A stretch of DNA of 64,000 bases from Candidatus Latescibacterota bacterium (GTDB taxonomy: Bacteria; Latescibacterota; UBA2968; GCA-2709665), in assembly GCA_965222075.1 (NCBI GenBank), contig OZ244937.1, positions 2,208,001 to 2,272,000 of the forward strand, given 5' to 3'. The stretch's first letter is position 1. Each line of letters starts with the position of its first letter. Positions 60,860 to 64,000 of the stretch are shown one piece after another. The notes below the pieces were generated by a model that was not told the origin of the DNA, did not search any database, and was given only the letters and a program-made list of their open reading frames with translations. The position numbers and the translations under genes were made by a program.

Positions 60860-60898
60860 GGTGGGGCAGGCCGAACGCTTGCTTCCACCTCTTTTTTT
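60860..60898 (+). terminator. Intrinsic terminator after mdh
   Basis: GGTGGGGCAGG/CTTGCTTCCACC stem followed by TCTTTTTTT. Confidence 0.65.
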
Positions 60899-61042
60899 AC
60901 ATACTTTGCGCACAGCCCTTCCTGCAAAACGTGATTTCAACAGCACCATGCGACAGGGTCCTGCACCGATCGTACCTCAAGTAGGGCGCCAGGGCCTTCC
61001 ATAAGGCCGGATTCGAGATTTTTTCACAGGAGTCAAGCTGCA

Positions 61043-62194
61043 ATGCAACCCCAATACGACCTCCTCATCCGGGGCGGCACCCTCATCGATCCCGCTCAGG
61101 GCCTGCACGCCGTGCGGGACATCGCCATCTCGGGAGACCGCATCGCCGCTGTGGCGGACGAAATCTTCGAGGAAGAGGCACAGACCGTCATCGATGCCTC
61201 GGGCAAGCTGGTCACGCCGGGGCTGATCGACCTCCACGTCCACGTCTGGTGGGGCGTCTCACACTACGGCATCGAACCCGATTCGACCTGTGTGGCCCGG
61301 GGGGTCACAACCGCCTTCGACGCCGGTTCGGCGGGGGCGGATACCTTTCCCGGGTTCAAGAAATACGTCATCGACGTGAGCGCCACACAGATCAAGGCCT
61401 TCCTGCATCTCTCCTCTCAGGGCATGTTATCCGCAGACATCGGAGAGCTCACCGACCTCCGCTACGCCGACGTCAACCGCGCCGTCCGGATGTGTGAGAC
61501 CTACAAGGACGACATCGTCGGCGTCAAAATCCGGATGACCAGGAATCTCGTGGGAGAGAATGGGGAGGAAGGCCTTAAACGGGCGCGTGAGGTCTGCGAG
61601 GCCACCGGCCTGCCCCTTATGCTCCACCCCAACGCCAGCCCCTTGAGCCTGGCGGACATGCTCGCCCGGATGCGTTCCGGAGACATCCTCACCCACTGCT
61701 TCCACAAAAGCGACACCGGCATCTTAGACGACGGCGGAACCCTCCGCCCCGAGGCCCGAAAAGCCGTTGAAGAGGGCATCCTCCTCGATGTGGGACACGG
61801 CGCCGGGAGCTTCGCCTTCGACGTTGCTGAAGCCGCGCTTGCGCAGGAGACGCCACCCGGCACCATCTCCAGCGACCTCCATATCTACAACCTGCACGGC
61901 CCCGTCTACAACCTGCTCACCTGCGTCTCCAAATTCCTCCTCCTGGGCCTCTCGCTGGACGATGCCCTCGAAAAGGTCACCGCCGCGCCCGCCCGGGCCA
62001 TGGGCATGCTCGGCGAAATCGGCACCCTCCAGCCGGGCACCCTGGCCGACCTGGCCATTCTGGAACTCAGCACCGGATCCTTCACCTTCACCGACTCGAA
62101 AAAGCAGACCCGTCAGGGGGAACAAAAACTCGATCCCATCTCCACCATCAGAGCCGGCCGGCTTTATGACCCGTCGGCCTTCGACTATCAATGA
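61043..62194 (+). CDS. Amidohydrolase/deacetylase family metallohydrolase (dihydroorotase-like)
   Basis: PGLIDLHVH, GVTT..DAGSAG, GVK.R, THCF, DVGHG.GSF, TISSDLH. Confidence 0.9.
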   Translation: MQPQYDLLIRGGTLIDPAQGLHAVRDIAISGDRIAAVADEIFEEEAQTVIDASGKLVTPGLIDLHVHVWWGVSHYGIEPDSTCVARGVTTAFDAGSAGADTFPGFKKYVIDVSATQIKAFLHLSSQGMLSADIGELTDLRYADVNRAVRMCETYKDDIVGVKIRMTRNLVGENGEEGLKRAREVCEATGLPLMLHPNASPLSLADMLARMRSGDILTHCFHKSDTGILDDGGTLRPEARKAVEEGILLDVGHGAGSFAFDVAEAALAQETPPGTISSDLHIYNLHGPVYNLLTCVSKFLLLGLSLDDALEKVTAAPARAMGMLGEIGTLQPGTLADLAILELSTGSFTFTDSKKQTRQGEQKLDPISTIRAGRLYDPSAFDYQ

Positions 62195-62202
62195 GACCCC
62201 CA

Positions 62203-62224
62203 GGGGCACGGCATGCCGTGCCCC
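62203..62224. repeat. REP-like perfect palindrome GGGGCACGGCATGCCGTGCCCC, copy 2
   Basis: 22-bp palindrome after a stop codon, followed by TTCTAC. Confidence 0.85.
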
Positions 62225-62241
62225 TTCTACGGAGCCCGTGA

Positions 62242-63339
62242 ATGTTTCATTCCCCCGTTGGCATGGAAAAATGGGCGCTGGACACCCCGGCGCTGCTGCT
62301 CGACCTCGACCGCCTGGAAGCCAACATCGCCCGCATTGTCTCCCGCTGCCGAGAATGCGGAATTGCCTGGCGCCCCCACATCAAAGGCAACAAAACCCCT
62401 GCGATTGCGCACAAACTGCTCAGCGCCGGAGCCATCGGGATCACCTGCGCCAAACTGGGAGAGGCTGAAATCATGGCAGCAGCAGGCATCCGGGACATCC
62501 TGATTGCCAACCAGATCGTGGGAGACCTCAAAATCGCCCGCCTCGTCCACCTGCAGCGACACGCCGATGTCATGGTCGCCGTGGACCATCCCGTCCACAT
62601 CCAGGCCATCTCCGAGGCGGCCCAGGCGGTGGGCGTGGAGGTCCGGGTGCTCGTCGAGATCGACATCGGCATGCACCGCTGTGGGGTGCAGCCCGGCAGG
62701 CCGGCCCTGGAACTGGGTTATCAGGCCCACGCCGCCCCCGGGGTGCGCTTCGCCGGAATCATGGGCTATGAAGGGCATGCCATGATGCTTCCCGACGACG
62801 AAAAAAAGCCCGCCTGCGCCGAAGCCATCGGCCACCTCGCAGAAACCCGGACCCAACTTGAAGCCTCCGGCCTGGAGGTCGGCATCGTCAGCGCCGGGGG
62901 CACCGGCACCCTTGCTTTTACCCCTGCCTGCCCGGGCCTCACCGAAATCCAGGCGGGCGGCGGCATCATGATGGACACCCTGTACAGCGGCGGGATGTAC
63001 GTCGAAGGGCTTGAACACGCCCTGAGCGTCCTCACCACCGTCGTCAGCCACCCTGCCCCCGACCGCGCCTTCATCGACGCGGGGCGGAAAACCACGAACG
63101 CGGAATACAGCCTGCCCCGGGTCATGGAAAAAGCAGGCGTCACGGTCACCGCCCTCTCGGCCGAACACGGATACCTGAGGCTGGAAGGCCCCGGTACCTC
63201 GCTGCAGATCGGAGAAAAAATCGAACTGATCTCGGGCTACAGCGACCTGACCGTATGCCTGCACGACCGGCTCTATGGCATCCGGAACGACCGCGTCGAA
63301 GTCGTCTGGGACATTCTCGGCCGGGGTAAGCTGCAATAA
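62242..63339 (+). CDS. DSD1/D-threonine aldolase family PLP enzyme (alanine racemase fold)
   Basis: LDTPALL.D, RPH.K, CAKLGEAE, R.GV, GYEGH, GGTGT, DAG.K, LS.EHG. Confidence 0.92.
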   Translation: MFHSPVGMEKWALDTPALLLDLDRLEANIARIVSRCRECGIAWRPHIKGNKTPAIAHKLLSAGAIGITCAKLGEAEIMAAAGIRDILIANQIVGDLKIARLVHLQRHADVMVAVDHPVHIQAISEAAQAVGVEVRVLVEIDIGMHRCGVQPGRPALELGYQAHAAPGVRFAGIMGYEGHAMMLPDDEKKPACAEAIGHLAETRTQLEASGLEVGIVSAGGTGTLAFTPACPGLTEIQAGGGIMMDTLYSGGMYVEGLEHALSVLTTVVSHPAPDRAFIDAGRKTTNAEYSLPRVMEKAGVTVTALSAEHGYLRLEGPGTSLQIGEKIELISGYSDLTVCLHDRLYGIRNDRVEVVWDILGRGKLQ

Positions 63340-63377
63340 TTCACCGCCGGGGTTTCGGGGGGAGCCGGCAGCCCTGG

Positions 63378-63878
63378 ATGCGCACACAGGCGCTGCACAA
63401 CCGGGGGACGGCAGAGATCAGCCCGGAGGAGGCGACCGTCACGAATATCGAGCAGGCCCACGAAGCGATCGACGCGGAGTATAGTGTCGAACGGACCGGG
63501 GCCGACCGCTTTGTGGTGCGGAATATGACCCGGCAGGAGGTGGTCTACGACGGCCCTTACGGTATCGGACAGGATATCCCTGGCATTGCGGGGTTCAAGG
63601 TCCAGCTGGACGGGCTGCCCGGGGATAAGTTTCTGGAATACCGTGCACGAGGGGGTATCGGACAGGATATCCCTGGCATTGCGGGGTTCAAGGTCCAGCT
63701 GGACGGGCTGCCGGAGATCGGGGATAAGTTTCGGGTGCAGACGTGGGGAGTGGGTCCATTGGAATACACCGTGCACGAGGGGATGATCCTCTACCTGATC
63801 GCCCAGTTTATCGAGCTGGCCCTGAACAAGTGTTTGGCCGTCGGTGACGTACAGCGCACGGGGAACAAGATCTTTTGA
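63378..63878 (+). CDS. Hypothetical ORF or gene remnant with an internal duplication
   Basis: 166 aa containing GIGQDIPGIAGFKVQLDGLP twice. Followed by a terminator. Confidence 0.4.
   Translation: MRTQALHNRGTAEISPEEATVTNIEQAHEAIDAEYSVERTGADRFVVRNMTRQEVVYDGPYGIGQDIPGIAGFKVQLDGLPGDKFLEYRARGGIGQDIPGIAGFKVQLDGLPEIGDKFRVQTWGVGPLEYTVHEGMILYLIAQFIELALNKCLAVGDVQRTGNKIF
63561..63782. repeat. Tandem duplication (59-bp exact core, period 93)
   Basis: 63561-63619 is identical to 63654-63712. The tails differ only by 6-, 27- and 2-nt indels. Confidence 0.92.
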
Positions 63879-63908
63879 GCGGGTGGCGGCGTTTTACAGT
63901 ATGGAGAA

Positions 63909-63939
63909 ACGGCAGTCTTTGGGACTGCCGTCTTTTTTT
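63909..63939 (+). terminator. Intrinsic terminator
   Basis: ACGGCAGTC-TTTGG-GACTGCCGT-CTTTTTTT. Confidence 0.88.
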
Positions 63940-64000
63940 GGGGGATAAGGATGAAGGCAGAGATCGGAATAACTCCACTCACACCACGAAGGGAACCTGT

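Noticed and set aside
63561-63782. DGR template/variable repeat pair
   Set aside because: The differences are indels, not adenine-specific substitutions, and no reverse transcriptase is in the window.

Overview
This is a GC-rich bacterial chromosomal segment. It is probably from the FCB superphylum, Latescibacterota-like; this is inferred from the rplM-rpsI-rpsB-tsf order, a dockerin/EF-hand-like secreted protein, a DUF3857 pair and a large SprA-like barrel. It carries housekeeping genes (dapL, frr, tsf, rpsB, rpsI, rplM, coaX, birA, nadC, uvrB, purB, folD, mdh) and a Dpp-type peptide ABC transporter without ATPase genes. It also has a LolA-like/FtsX-type ABC export cluster, many sugar-catabolic enzymes, an AmrB-AmrA fusion, an FTR catalytic subunit and a decayed IS701-like element. 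A ZTP riboswitch precedes folD and an rpsB (t44-like) leader is present. No rRNA, tRNA or CRISPR array was seen. The most notable observations are: (1) a stand-alone ~260-nt transcription unit just upstream of rplM, with a near-consensus promoter, a 12-nt anti-SD-complementary motif, an 11-codon ORF, three long hairpins and a terminator; (2) a bacterial flavoprotein resembling animal OSGIN1/2; (3) repeated 'stub' genes in which N- and C-termini are fused in frame after large internal deletions (mgtE, RraA family); (4) pyrH missing from tsf-frr; (5) several families of small palindromic or period-7 repeats, one sitting in frame inside a CDS. All family assignments are from recognised motifs, not database searches.
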